Source: Coprothermobacteraceae bacterium (lineage in GTDB: Bacteria; Coprothermobacterota; Coprothermobacteria; Coprothermobacterales; Coprothermobacteraceae). Taken from it: 64,000 bases of DNA. The position numbers were made by a program, and so were the translations under genes. The notes under the pieces were generated by a model. The model had not been told where the DNA came from, made no database searches, and was given only the letters and a program-made list of their open reading frames with translations. The DNA is taken from positions 364,503-428,502 of the forward strand of contig JABLWY010000001.1 of assembly GCA_013178255.1 (NCBI GenBank), read 5' to 3'. Below are positions 1 to 9,471 of the stretch, in pieces (position 1 is the first letter of the stretch; every line of letters begins with the position of its first letter).

Positions 1-173
1 TGGAGACGGACTACAGGCTTCTAATAATCGAAGGCATTTTGGGCATTCAAAGCGGAGAGAACCCCAGATTGTTAGAAGAAAGGCTGCTTTCATTCCTGTC
101 TCCTGCTGAACGCTCCCACTACGAGAAGGCCAAGGTACAGAAAGGCGAGGAGATGGTAGGGGTTGCCACGTAA
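1..173 (+). CDS. motA: Flagellar stator protein MotA, C-terminal fragment (gene begins upstream of the window)
   Basis: The frame ending in TAA at 171-173 reads ...LIIEGILGIQSGENPRLLEERLLSFL..., which is a MotA/PomA C-terminal signature. It overlaps the motB start by 11 nt. Confidence 0.5.
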   Translation, partial: ETDYRLLIIEGILGIQSGENPRLLEERLLSFLSPAERSHYEKAKVQKGEEMVGVAT

Positions 174-867
174 GAAAAACGAAAACACGGGCCCTGGGGC
201 TCCTTTGTGGTGTCTTTCTTATGGCGACCTGGTAACTAACATGTTGGTATTCTTCGTAATGTTGTTCGCCTTCTCCACCATAAACCCTGTCAAGTTTCAG
301 CAAATAGCGTACTCTTTTGTGATCGCATTGGGTGGCGGTATGGGTGTGTTGCCCTCAAACCCTGTTTTTAGCCCGCCCATGCCTGTGCCGCCTGAGTTCA
401 TTATGCAGGGCCCTATGACGGTGGCTCAACTCTACAGTAGCCTTTCAGGCGTCAAACAGAAGATCGAAAAGGAGTACGGCGCGGGTACTGTGGAAATCGT
501 GCAGGCAGAGAATGAAGTCCGGGTGCGCATAAAGGGCGACGTCCTCTTCGACGCTTGTTCTGCGTTTGTGAGGCCTAACGCACGCAGTCTGCTTGCCATG
601 CTTGTTCCTGAACTCGTTGGCGCTCAGAGGGAAGGGTATAGAATATATGTAGAAGGCCATGCGAACTACACCACGGCCACCTGTCCCGGGTTTGTCGACG
701 ATTTCGACATCTCGGCAGCAAGGGCAGTCAACGTACTACACTACTTAAGGTCATTGGGTGTGGATGACTCCAAAATGGCTGCCATTTCGTATGGTGACAA
801 CATATTGGTGTCTACAAAGGAGCCTGCCAAGAATAGGCGGGTAGAGATAGCTATTAGGAGGGAATAA
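163..867 (+). CDS. motB: Flagellar motor stator protein MotB (OmpA-like C-terminal domain)
   Basis: TTG start. N-terminal ...YGDLVTNMLVFFVMLF plug/TM motif is typical of MotB. C-terminal OmpA-like peptidoglycan-binding region (YRIYVEGHANYTT...). Confidence 0.8.
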   Translation: MPRKKNENTGPGAPLWCLSYGDLVTNMLVFFVMLFAFSTINPVKFQQIAYSFVIALGGGMGVLPSNPVFSPPMPVPPEFIMQGPMTVAQLYSSLSGVKQKIEKEYGAGTVEIVQAENEVRVRIKGDVLFDACSAFVRPNARSLLAMLVPELVGAQREGYRIYVEGHANYTTATCPGFVDDFDISAARAVNVLHYLRSLGVDDSKMAAISYGDNILVSTKEPAKNRRVEIAIRRE

Positions 868-1317
868 ATGAAAAAAGCATTGCTATACGTACTAGCTGTC
901 CTCTTGCTCTTATCGATGGGAATGGCGTTGGGTGCCTTTGTGGTGGCTCCTATGCTAAGAGCGCGAGCTTCTACCAATGTTCAGCAAAAGCCTAAGAACA
1001 CTCCTGTATTGCAGACTTTGGGCAAGTTTACGACAAACCTGAGTGATCCAAAGGACATAATTCAAATAACAGTAAATCTGGAGTTCTACGATGCAAAAGT
1101 GCTCAACGAAGTGAAGAAAACTGATCCTAATCTGTTGGTTATGCAGGATGTCATTTTGAAACACCTTAAAACCCTGACGCCGACAAGCTTTGCCAGTGAC
1201 AAGTCCATTTCTAAGGTGCAAGCTGACATCAGGGACAAGATAAACGCATACTACGGAAAGACTGTGGTAACCAATGTCCTTTTTGGAGCTGACACTGTGA
1301 TCACGGTGATGCCCTAA
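868..1317 (+). CDS. fliL: Flagellar basal-body-associated protein FliL
   Basis: 149 aa with one N-terminal TM helix. Lies between motB and fliM. FliL-like core (FTTNLSDP...ITVNLEF...). Confidence 0.8.
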   Translation: MKKALLYVLAVLLLLSMGMALGAFVVAPMLRARASTNVQQKPKNTPVLQTLGKFTTNLSDPKDIIQITVNLEFYDAKVLNEVKKTDPNLLVMQDVILKHLKTLTPTSFASDKSISKVQADIRDKINAYYGKTVVTNVLFGADTVITVMP

Positions 1318-2288
1318 TGGCCGAAACGTTGTCTCAAGAAGAAATAGATGCCCTACTGAGTGCACTTAAGGCAGGACAAGCGAACGAACTATCGGTCAAG
1401 GCGGAAAAACCTGTACGCAAGTATGATTTTCGGCGTCCGGACAAGCTGTCCAAGGAGCAGCTACGCACTATACAAATGCTCCACGACACGTTCGCGCGTG
1501 GTGCAAGCACCGAGTTGTCGGGGTACCTTAGAGCGGCTATGTCCCTCTCAGTAATATCGGTGGACCAAGTCACCTATCAAGAGTACATACGGTCTTTGGC
1601 TGATCCAACTTTCATGTATCTTGTGCCTGTGAACGACATGACCAGCGTCATATTTGAAATGTCCATCGAATTTGTTTTTGCTCTCATAGACAAACTGCTG
1701 GGTGGGCCAGGTAAACCTTACAGGGAGATTAGGGAATTGACTACCGTGGAAATGACTTTGATGAACCGCGTTATGGACGTCTACCTAAAACACTGGCTGG
1801 AGGCTTGGGAACCTATCGTGGAATGGAAGCTGGGTTCGGCCACGGTGGAGTACACCCCCAGTTTTGTCCAAATTATGCCTGGGAGTGATGTGGTCGTTGT
1901 TGTAACATACGAAGCCAAACTGGGAGATCAAACCGGCATTGGTACCATAACGATACCGTATTTGGTCATGGAGGATTTTGTGCAGAGCCTTACAGCCCAC
2001 CGCTGGTTCGGTGTCAACAAGGCCACGCCCGAAGATTGGAAAGAAAGGCTCTTGGACAATGTTGGAGATGTCGATGTAGAGGTTTCTGTAGTCCTGGGAG
2101 GGGCAGAGGTGCCTATGGGCCAAGTGTTGGCTCTCAAAGCAGGTGATGTGCTCGTCCTCCAAAGGAGCGTAGAAGAACTCATTGACATGTATGTTGAAGG
2201 AGTACCCTTTGCCAAAGGCGTCCCGGGCATATACAAACGTAGAAAGGCTTTTATGCTGAAAAGGCAGGCAATGGAGGGAGAGGAGTAG
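1317..2288 (+). CDS. fliM: Flagellar motor switch protein FliM
   Basis: Starts MAETLSQEEIDALL, the FliM/CheY-binding N-terminus. 323 aa. Start overlaps the fliL stop (ATGG/TAATG type coupling). Confidence 0.9.
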   Translation: MAETLSQEEIDALLSALKAGQANELSVKAEKPVRKYDFRRPDKLSKEQLRTIQMLHDTFARGASTELSGYLRAAMSLSVISVDQVTYQEYIRSLADPTFMYLVPVNDMTSVIFEMSIEFVFALIDKLLGGPGKPYREIRELTTVEMTLMNRVMDVYLKHWLEAWEPIVEWKLGSATVEYTPSFVQIMPGSDVVVVVTYEAKLGDQTGIGTITIPYLVMEDFVQSLTAHRWFGVNKATPEDWKERLLDNVGDVDVEVSVVLGGAEVPMGQVLALKAGDVLVLQRSVEELIDMYVEGVPFAKGVPGIYKRRKAFMLKRQAMEGEE

Positions 2289-2290
2289 CA

Positions 2291-3124
2291 ATGGCTGACT
2301 TCGTTAGCAGTTTGAAGCGCATGATAACTGAACTGACCGCAGGTACAGTCAAGCTTGGGTCCTTTTATAGATCCGGTGGAATCGCTGCCGATAGTGATGA
2401 ATACGTCGTTGTAGACTTGGCGCTAGACGATTTTGGGCAAGGGGCCTTGGTATTAGACGAGACCACGGCTAAATCCATTGGCAATGAGATGCTCAAGGTC
2501 TTTCAGCTGTCGGTAGATAACTTGAGAGACGAATTAGTGCTTAGCACCATAGGGGAAGCTATCAACCAGGCTGTTAACGGCGCTGTGCAGGAAAGCATTC
2601 AACAGTTTGGAGGCATTCCCACAGTGTCTGTCGGAGCTGCACAAGTCATGGGCAAAGAGGAACTCCAGTCCCATATAGCGGGACTGCAAGTCATCGCAAT
2701 AGAAGGCGGATTGTATTTGTGTGTTAGCGAGCGCCTAGCATCCCTCCTACTGGGTACAGATAAAGCTACATCTGTTGAAGGTGGCGCTGAGGCATCAAGC
2801 CGCGGAATGAGTCATGTGGAGGAAGTCGAGTTTCCCGTTTTCAAACCCGAGCCTGCCGTAGAGGCTTTACCTCGAAACTTGGAATTGCTCTTGGATGTGA
2901 GAGTGAAGGTATCTGTGGAGTTGGGCCGTACCCAGATGACTCTGAAGGAACTTCTGTCGTTGGGTTCAGGCTCCATAGTCACTTTGGAGAAACTAGCAGG
3001 GGAACCTGTGGACATATTGGTGAACGGAAAGCCCATTGCCAAAGGAGAAGTAGTCGTGATCGACGAGTCCTTCGGTGTTAGAATCTTAGATATAATAGCC
3101 CCTAAGGAAAGGCTGAAAGGGTAA
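2291..3124 (+). CDS. fliY: Flagellar motor switch protein FliN/FliY (SpoA C-terminal domain with extended N-terminus)
   Basis: C-terminal VELGRTQMTLKELLSLGSGSIVTLEKLAGEPVDILVNGKPIAKGEVVVIDESFGVRI is the FliN/SpoA surface-presentation domain. At 277 aa it is longer than plain FliN, as in Bacillus FliY. Confidence 0.85.
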   Translation: MADFVSSLKRMITELTAGTVKLGSFYRSGGIAADSDEYVVVDLALDDFGQGALVLDETTAKSIGNEMLKVFQLSVDNLRDELVLSTIGEAINQAVNGAVQESIQQFGGIPTVSVGAAQVMGKEELQSHIAGLQVIAIEGGLYLCVSERLASLLLGTDKATSVEGGAEASSRGMSHVEEVEFPVFKPEPAVEALPRNLELLLDVRVKVSVELGRTQMTLKELLSLGSGSIVTLEKLAGEPVDILVNGKPIAKGEVVVIDESFGVRILDIIAPKERLKG

Positions 3125-3143
3125 ATTCAGGAGGGCAACAGCT

Positions 3144-3512
3144 ATGAGCAAGAAAATTCTGGTCGTAGACGATGCGGCGTTCATGCGAATGATGATAAAG
3201 AACGTATTGGGGCAAAACGGTTACGAAATTGTAGGAGAGGCTTCGAATGGTCAGGAGGCCGTCGCCCTTTACCAGAAGCTTAAACCTGATTTAGTGACGT
3301 TGGACATAACCATGCCTGAGATGGACGGCATCCAGACGCTTAAAGAGATCATTAAAGTTGACCCATCGGCCAAGGTAATCATGGTCACAGCCATGGGTCA
3401 GCAGCAACTGGTCATAGAAGCCATTCAACAGGGTGCTAGGGACTTTGTGGTGAAACCCTTCCAGCCGGACAGGTTGCTCGAAGCTGTCAAGAAAGCATTA
3501 GGCGATGAATAG
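3144..3512 (+). CDS. cheY: Chemotaxis response regulator CheY
   Basis: 122 aa single receiver domain (ILVVDDAAFMR...DITMPEMDG...VTAMG). Embedded in the fla operon as in the Bacillus fliY-cheY-fliZ-fliP arrangement. RBS GGAGGG lies 9 nt upstream. Confidence 0.85.
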   Translation: MSKKILVVDDAAFMRMMIKNVLGQNGYEIVGEASNGQEAVALYQKLKPDLVTLDITMPEMDGIQTLKEIIKVDPSAKVIMVTAMGQQQLVIEAIQQGARDFVVKPFQPDRLLEAVKKALGDE

Positions 3513-3822
3513 CTTCTTACAATTCTTGTCGCTTACACTGTTTTTTGTCATAGTCATAGCATTGCTGGTTTGGTTGAGCAAGTATAGTCGCACTTGGCTT
3601 CAGAATTTCAGGTTGCCCTCTCAGGGCCGCACCTTGAAAGTACTAGACGCTGCGGCTCTCGATTTCAAGAGCCGCGTGTTTATAGTAGAAGCCGAGAACC
3701 AAAAGTTTTTCATAGTGGACAACGGAAGTCAAATACGTGTGGTGAGGCTAGGTAGTGAGCCCACTGAGAAGTCCGAATTCCAACAGCTAATGGAAGATGC
3801 AGAACGCAACATCTCTGATTAG
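3505..3822 (+). CDS. fliO: Small single-pass membrane protein, FliO/FliZ-like
   Basis: 105 aa with an N-terminal hydrophobic helix. Positioned immediately upstream of fliP and overlapping it, the conserved position of fliO/fliZ. Confidence 0.5.
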   Translation: MNSFLQFLSLTLFFVIVIALLVWLSKYSRTWLQNFRLPSQGRTLKVLDAAALDFKSRVFIVEAENQKFFIVDNGSQIRVVRLGSEPTEKSEFQQLMEDAERNISD

Positions 3823-4453
3823 TATAAACTTGGGTTCCAATGGACCTTCATTGGTCCAGCTAGTGGTCCTTTTCACCTTTCTTTCGCTAGCTCCGTCTTT
3901 TCTAATGTTTTTCACAAGTTTCCTCAGGTTGCTTGTGGTTTTTGGTTTCATGCGAACGGCGTTGGGGCTTCAGCAATTCCCTCCAGCTCAAGTTTTCACT
4001 GCGTTGGCTTTAATACTCACCTTCATGATCATGGCACCTGTATTCACCACGGCTTACAACGAAGCGTGGTTACCGTATGTTCAGGGAAATCTCTCTTTCG
4101 AGCAATTCGTGGAAAAAGCACAAGCACCTTTTTCTGACTGGATGCTAAAACAGGTCAGAGCTGACGAGCTCAAACTTATGGCATCGGTGTCCAACGACGA
4201 TCCCCAGAATCCCAGGTTTACCACCTTGGCTAGTGCGTTCATGCTCAGCGAATTGAAGACTGCGTTTGCTATGGGGTTGCTTCTTTATTTGCCGTTCATA
4301 GTCTTAGATGTGGTTACCGCATCGGTTCTTATGTCTTTGGGCATGTTCATGATACCCCCTGCCATGATCAGTTTGCCATTGAAGATACTGTTGTTCGTGG
4401 CAGCAAATGGATGGGATACAGTGATAATGGGGTTGGTTAGGAGCTTCCGATGA
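3797..4453 (+). CDS. fliP: Flagellar export apparatus protein FliP
   Basis: 218 aa polytopic membrane protein. Has the FliP-like FTSFLRLLVVFGFMRTALG and MSLGMFMIPP motifs. Confidence 0.9.
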   Translation: MQNATSLISINLGSNGPSLVQLVVLFTFLSLAPSFLMFFTSFLRLLVVFGFMRTALGLQQFPPAQVFTALALILTFMIMAPVFTTAYNEAWLPYVQGNLSFEQFVEKAQAPFSDWMLKQVRADELKLMASVSNDDPQNPRFTTLASAFMLSELKTAFAMGLLLYLPFIVLDVVTASVLMSLGMFMIPPAMISLPLKILLFVAANGWDTVIMGLVRSFR

Positions 4454-4713
4454 GCGACTTCGTGTTTGTGTGGTTTAGAAACGCCGTGATGCAGGTAATA
4501 CTGCTGGTGGGCCCCGTACTCATAGTGGCTTTGGTCTTAGGTATCATCATAAGCCTAATACAGGTGCTAACCCAAATTCACGACCCTTCAGTGGCATTCG
4601 TACCTAAGTTTCTTGCTGTTATGACCATAATCCTGCTCTTCGGGGGCGTCATACTGAACACTCTTGTCAGATTCCTCGTATCCATAGTGTCAGCATGGAG
4701 CCAAATACCTTAG
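4450..4713 (+). CDS. fliQ: Flagellar export apparatus protein FliQ
   Basis: 87 aa, two TM helices. Pattern similar to FliQ (…IISLIQVLTQIHDPSVAFVPKFLAV…). 4 nt overlap with fliP. Confidence 0.85.
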   Translation: MSDFVFVWFRNAVMQVILLVGPVLIVALVLGIIISLIQVLTQIHDPSVAFVPKFLAVMTIILLFGGVILNTLVRFLVSIVSAWSQIP

Positions 4714-5441
4714 GCTATTGGCCTGTTTTCTTTCGTCTCCTTGGTCTCTTGGTGGCGAGCCCTGTAGTACCTGCAAGGTTTGTTAGTGCACGGTTGAAGG
4801 TCATAGTTGCCGCAGTAACTGCTTTGGTCGTCGTGCCCTCGCTGACGTCAGTTTTCTCGGTGGGTACGTCTTATCAGTGGATTGAGGTTTACGTAACAGA
4901 GTTCGCACTAGGTGCTCTACTTGGTTTCATGACAGGGGTAGTCTACTGGGGCATTGTCTTTGCTGGGGATCTTTGGGACATAATGTCTGGGTTCCAGATG
5001 ATGACAGCGCTAGACCCGTTTACGTCGGTCCCGCAACCTGTAATGACCCAATTCTTCTCGCTCATGGTCGCCGGAGTTGTGGTCACATCAGGTTTATTGG
5101 AGAATCTGGTTGTGACGTTATTGATGAGCTACAAGCTTGTTCCCGCTGGGTCTTTTATCAAGCTGGCGGTGAGTGAGCCCGTACTGTTTCTTACGAGGGC
5201 ATTCCTGTTGGGTGTAGCTGTGGCAGTACCCATCGTGGTGCTGATCATAGTCATGCAAATCGTGATGGGTATAGTCTCCAAAGGAGCTTCCGGGTTTCCC
5301 GTGTTTATTGTGTGGCTTCCCATGCAGACGTCCATATCTTTGGTTCTACTCTACGTCTCCCTTCCTGCAGTGTACCTGTTTACTCGGGCATGGGCGGAAT
5401 GGATGCTCAAGTATCTCAACGCGTTGTTAACGGCGGTGTGA
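4695..5441 (+). CDS. fliR: Flagellar export apparatus protein FliR
   Basis: 248 aa polytopic membrane protein between fliQ and flhB. Confidence 0.85.
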   Translation: MEPNTLGYWPVFFRLLGLLVASPVVPARFVSARLKVIVAAVTALVVVPSLTSVFSVGTSYQWIEVYVTEFALGALLGFMTGVVYWGIVFAGDLWDIMSGFQMMTALDPFTSVPQPVMTQFFSLMVAGVVVTSGLLENLVVTLLMSYKLVPAGSFIKLAVSEPVLFLTRAFLLGVAVAVPIVVLIIVMQIVMGIVSKGASGFPVFIVWLPMQTSISLVLLYVSLPAVYLFTRAWAEWMLKYLNALLTAV

Positions 5442-5444
5442 ACT

Positions 5445-6464
5445 GTGCCAGAAGGAGAAAGGACAGAACCACCTAGCCCAAGAAGGCTTCAGAAAGCCAT
5501 AGAGGAAGGCAACGTTCCTCGGAGCCAAGAACTATCGGGTGCGGTAACGCTACTGGTAGTCGCTTTGGTTGTGCGAGGCTCTTATCCGTCCATGGTAGCC
5601 TCTTGGGAGAGGCTCTTTGCAGGAACCCTGTACAGCGTGTCTGAAAACACATTCTTGCAGGCCGCAGCCGCTACCTTGGTCAGGATTGTTCCCTTTCTGC
5701 TAATTCCACTGGCGGTGGCGTTCACAGTAGTAGCCTTATTCACCGGTTTCAGGGTATATCCCAAAAAAATGGTACCTCGTGTCGATGCACTGAATCCTGG
5801 CCAGAATCTGAAACGAATCTTCTCTTCTGAAGGCCTAGAGCGCTTGGGCATAGGTTTACTGAAGATGATACTTTTGGGTGCGGTGGCTTACGCACTCATT
5901 AAGGACAGAATTCTTGGAATAGCTGTGAGTCAACCGGATCCTGCCACATTTCTCAATGTGGCCCTAAAGAGCGCTGCAGACATCATGGTCTATTTGGCAG
6001 GCGTCTATGTTTTGATCGGGTTGGCAGACTTTTGGTATCAGAGAATCAGGTGGTGGAATTCACTGAAGATGACGAGGCAGGAGGTAAAAGAAGAACTAAA
6101 GAGTATGGAAGGTGACCCTACTGTAAAGGGTCGCATTAGGACGCAGATGAGGCGTTATGCCATGAGGCGGGCTATAGCCAATGTCAAGAAAGCGACCGTA
6201 GTCGTTACGAACCCGACCGAGTATGCTGTGGCGCTCCGCTACGAAAAAGGCATGCCCGCCCCAGAAGTCGTAGCCAAGGGAGCAGGTTGGCTAGCCCAAA
6301 GGATCAAGGAACAGGCAAAGCGGTATAATATACCCATAGTTGCAAAGCCCGAGCTGGCCAGGACCATTTTCAGAAAGGTAGAAGTGGGCGACTACATTAC
6401 CCCCGATTTATATAGGGCTGTGGCTGCTGTCCTGGTAGAAGTTATGAGGAGGAAAAGGCGTTGA
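5445..6464 (+). CDS. flhB: Flagellar export switch protein FlhB
   Basis: GTG start. Four TM helices followed by a cytoplasmic domain carrying the NPTH autocleavage site (VVVTNPTEYAVAL) and RQEVKEELKSMEGDPTVKGRIR. Confidence 0.9.
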   Translation: MPEGERTEPPSPRRLQKAIEEGNVPRSQELSGAVTLLVVALVVRGSYPSMVASWERLFAGTLYSVSENTFLQAAAATLVRIVPFLLIPLAVAFTVVALFTGFRVYPKKMVPRVDALNPGQNLKRIFSSEGLERLGIGLLKMILLGAVAYALIKDRILGIAVSQPDPATFLNVALKSAADIMVYLAGVYVLIGLADFWYQRIRWWNSLKMTRQEVKEELKSMEGDPTVKGRIRTQMRRYAMRRAIANVKKATVVVTNPTEYAVALRYEKGMPAPEVVAKGAGWLAQRIKEQAKRYNIPIVAKPELARTIFRKVEVGDYITPDLYRAVAAVLVEVMRRKRR

Positions 6465-8470
6465 AAGGCACATACACTATTCTCTTTGTGGTATTGGGCA
6501 TATTCCTGTTGATGCTGCCCGTCCCATCATTGGTTTTGGATGTGCTCTTTGCTCTGAATTTGGTGTTTTCACTCCTCGTACTCATGATTGCTTTATACAC
6601 GAGGTCCGCGACGGAGTTTTCTTCCTTTCCCAGCCTCATGCTTTTTGCCGTGTTCTTCCACTTGGTTTTGATAATCAGCAGCGCCCGAGCTATATTAGTC
6701 ACGGGTAACCCAGGCAGTTTGGCTACAGCTTTTGGCAGGCTCATAATGGGTCAAGGTAGTTGGGTTGTAGGGCTTGTCGTGTTTATTGTGTTGCTCATAG
6801 TTCAGTACATGGTCATTACCAGTGGTCAGCAACGAATATCAGAAGTGGCGGCTAGGTTTACACTCGACGCCATGCCTGGTAGGCAGATGGCCATAGACGC
6901 TGATTTGTCGGCAGGTTTTATAACACCGGAAGAAGCTAGAAGGCAGAGGGAAATGCTTAGGCGAGAATCAGACTTCTTTGGTGCCATGGATGGTGCGTCG
7001 CGTTTTGTACGCGGTGAGGCTATGGCTTCGGCGTTGGCGGCCTTGGTCAACTCGCTTGGTGGCATGATTGTTGGATTGACGAAAGGTCAGGCTGCCAGTG
7101 AGGCATTGCTACATTACTTGAGCGTTTCCATGGGTGTAGCACTTCAAATAGCGATTTCATCGCTGGCACTATCCTTGGCTGCTGCTTTGTTGGTGGCCCG
7201 CGTGAGTTCTGAGCAGCGGCTCGGGGAAGAGATATCTGGCGAACTAATGTCGTTCCCTCCTCTAATAAGGCTCATGGGTGGCATATTAATAGCTGCCGCA
7301 CTGCTCCCAGGTGTGCCCAAACTGCTTTTAATCCCCATAGGCGCAGCACTCATAGTTGTCGGGAGGACACCAGCCTCAGCGCCTCAAGCTGAAACGGCCG
7401 TGGAGCCACCCACCAAGAGGCTCTATGAGCAGCTTTCAGAGGCCGATGCCATGATGGGCTTTGTGGGCGTAGACCCTATTGAACTAGAATTCGGATACGA
7501 ACTGTTGCCTTTGTTTGAGCCGACAAGCGGACAAGATGTATTGGACAGCATTGCACTCCTGAGAAAGAACTTGTCTGAGGAATTTGGTTTCCCCGTACCT
7601 GGTGTGCGCATACATGACAATCTGGCTCTAAGGCCAGACCAATACCGCGTGAAGGTCAGAGGGGCAAAGAAGGGCGAGGGACACTTGCAGCTAGGTCTCA
7701 TGCTAGCCATGGGCGAACCAGACGATCTGCAGAAAATCGCTGGTATTGATACCAAGGAGCCCGTTTTCAACCTTGATGCGAAGTGGATTAGCCCCAGGGA
7801 CAAGCTACAAGCGGAGGCTGCAGGCCTAACAGTAGTTGATGCTGGCACCGTTATAGTAACCCATTTGGGAGAAGTGGTAAAGGCCAATTTGGCCGATCTA
7901 ATTACGAGGCAAAACGTCAAAGACATCATAGAGTACGTCGGGCGAACGCATCCTGCTGTGGTGGACGAGTTACAGCAAGTGGCGTCATTGGGAGACGTAG
8001 AATATGTCTTCAAGTACCTTTTGCAGGAACAGCTGCCACTCAAAGACGTGATCCGAGTTTTGGAACTAGTCACCGACTCACTGCGCCAGAATCGCGATCT
8101 AAGGGAGGCCGCTGAGCAGGCTCGCAGAGCATGTGTCCCTTATGTGATCGAAAGATTGGCTCCAGACAGCATCTTAAGGGTCGTGACCGTAAAGCCCGAT
8201 ATGGAGAGAGCTCTCATAGAAAGTTACCAGCAGGGCGTGGAAGTTGGCTTCGTGATGTCGCCCGATAACTTGAGGAAGGTTGTGGACGGTGTGAAGAAAG
8301 CCATGGAAGGTGTCGCTTTGGCTGGCGAGGAGCATGCTCTGGTGACACACCCCAGGATTAGGAGAGCGCTTTGGGAGCTGCTTTGGCGGCAGGGAATGGC
8401 TCTTTTCGTATTGTCTTATAATGAGATTGTGAATGTAAAGTACATAGTTTCTGGAAGCGTGGGAGCCTGA
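6461..8470 (+). CDS. flhA: Flagellar export gate protein FlhA
   Basis: 669 aa. N-terminal 8-TM domain plus a large cytoplasmic domain. FHLVLIISSARAILVTGNPGS and MPGRQMAIDADL motifs. 4 nt overlap with flhB. Confidence 0.95.
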   Translation: MKGTYTILFVVLGIFLLMLPVPSLVLDVLFALNLVFSLLVLMIALYTRSATEFSSFPSLMLFAVFFHLVLIISSARAILVTGNPGSLATAFGRLIMGQGSWVVGLVVFIVLLIVQYMVITSGQQRISEVAARFTLDAMPGRQMAIDADLSAGFITPEEARRQREMLRRESDFFGAMDGASRFVRGEAMASALAALVNSLGGMIVGLTKGQAASEALLHYLSVSMGVALQIAISSLALSLAAALLVARVSSEQRLGEEISGELMSFPPLIRLMGGILIAAALLPGVPKLLLIPIGAALIVVGRTPASAPQAETAVEPPTKRLYEQLSEADAMMGFVGVDPIELEFGYELLPLFEPTSGQDVLDSIALLRKNLSEEFGFPVPGVRIHDNLALRPDQYRVKVRGAKKGEGHLQLGLMLAMGEPDDLQKIAGIDTKEPVFNLDAKWISPRDKLQAEAAGLTVVDAGTVIVTHLGEVVKANLADLITRQNVKDIIEYVGRTHPAVVDELQQVASLGDVEYVFKYLLQEQLPLKDVIRVLELVTDSLRQNRDLREAAEQARRACVPYVIERLAPDSILRVVTVKPDMERALIESYQQGVEVGFVMSPDNLRKVVDGVKKAMEGVALAGEEHALVTHPRIRRALWELLWRQGMALFVLSYNEIVNVKYIVSGSVGA

Positions 8471-9471
8471 TGGAGATCATCAAAGTACAGGACTCGGACC
8501 TACAGGGCGCCATGGATGTAGTCAGGCAGAAGTACGGCGCAGACGCCCTCATCCTCGAGATCCGCAAAAAGCGAAAGTTTCTGCTTGGGCCAACTTATTA
8601 CGAACTCCTAGTGGGCCTTGACAAAGATAGGTCTCAAGATGTCCCCACGGTTGAACAAATAAGGACACTAGAAAGGGTCATAAAGAAGTTGGATAGTACA
8701 GTGAACGCTCTTGCTGCCAAAGAGGATCGGCTAGACTCCCTCACAAGACAGACGGGCTTCAGCAAGGAATTCTTGGTAAAGGCTGGAGTGACGACCGATG
8801 AAGAATGGGTGCCTAAGTTGAGGGAGTACTTAGGGTCTAAACTGTCCTTTGCGCGCTTAGAGGAACTGGGGTTTCCTAGCTTTCCAAAGGTCTTTGTGTT
8901 CGTGGGGCCAACTGGTGTAGGCAAGACGACCACCATTGCAAAATTGTCAGGATACTTGCTTCTTGAGAAAAACGTCAAGTCAGGCATAGTAACTATTGAC
9001 ACGTTTAGGGCTGGAGCCGTAGAGCAGATCAAGCTTTTCGGCAAAGCCATGAATGTACCCGTGGAAGTAGTTAGACGGCCACACCAGATGAACAGAGTCC
9101 TACCAAGGTTCCTGGATGCCTATTACGTGTTTGTGGATACCGTGGGCAGAAACCCCAAAGAGCTTGGGAAGCTCAGCGAAATGAGGATGTTTGTTGATCA
9201 GCTTGCATACTACGAACCCGTCTTCTGCCTGAGTGCTTCTATGCGAAAGGACGAGATGATAAGAGCCTATGAGCACTTTAGCAAAGTGTTCGCTTTGAAA
9301 TACTTCGTACTCACAAAAGTGGACGAGGCCGAATCCTTGGGTACTGCTTTGGAATTCATGGCGGAGACAGGGTTGACCACATTGGCTTTTACTAACGGAC
9401 AGAGTGTACCTGACGACCTAGTTTTTCCGAATAAAGAACAGGTCATGGATCTTATGGGGCTGCTGCGATGA
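8470..9471 (+). CDS. flhF: Flagellar SRP-like GTPase FlhF
   Basis: G-domain motifs VFVGPTGVGKTTTIAKL and DTVGR with an FtsY/Ffh-like organisation. TGATG overlap with flhA. Confidence 0.9.
   Translation: MEIIKVQDSDLQGAMDVVRQKYGADALILEIRKKRKFLLGPTYYELLVGLDKDRSQDVPTVEQIRTLERVIKKLDSTVNALAAKEDRLDSLTRQTGFSKEFLVKAGVTTDEEWVPKLREYLGSKLSFARLEELGFPSFPKVFVFVGPTGVGKTTTIAKLSGYLLLEKNVKSGIVTIDTFRAGAVEQIKLFGKAMNVPVEVVRRPHQMNRVLPRFLDAYYVFVDTVGRNPKELGKLSEMRMFVDQLAYYEPVFCLSASMRKDEMIRAYEHFSKVFALKYFVLTKVDEAESLGTALEFMAETGLTTLAFTNGQSVPDDLVFPNKEQVMDLMGLLR

Noticed and set aside
7423-8073. 216 aa antisense ORF inside flhA. Similar antisense ORFs lie at 10657..11430 (cheB), 14059..14619 (FapA), 12521..13174 (actin-like gene), 30196..30627 (rsgA), 37108..37515 (yhaM), 38241..38744 (udk), 55442..56095 (ppaC) and 62133..62810 (GGDEF)
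   Set aside because: These are shadow ORFs opposite well-supported genes. Their translations are low-complexity (Ser/Thr/Pro/Cys-rich) and lack RBS context.
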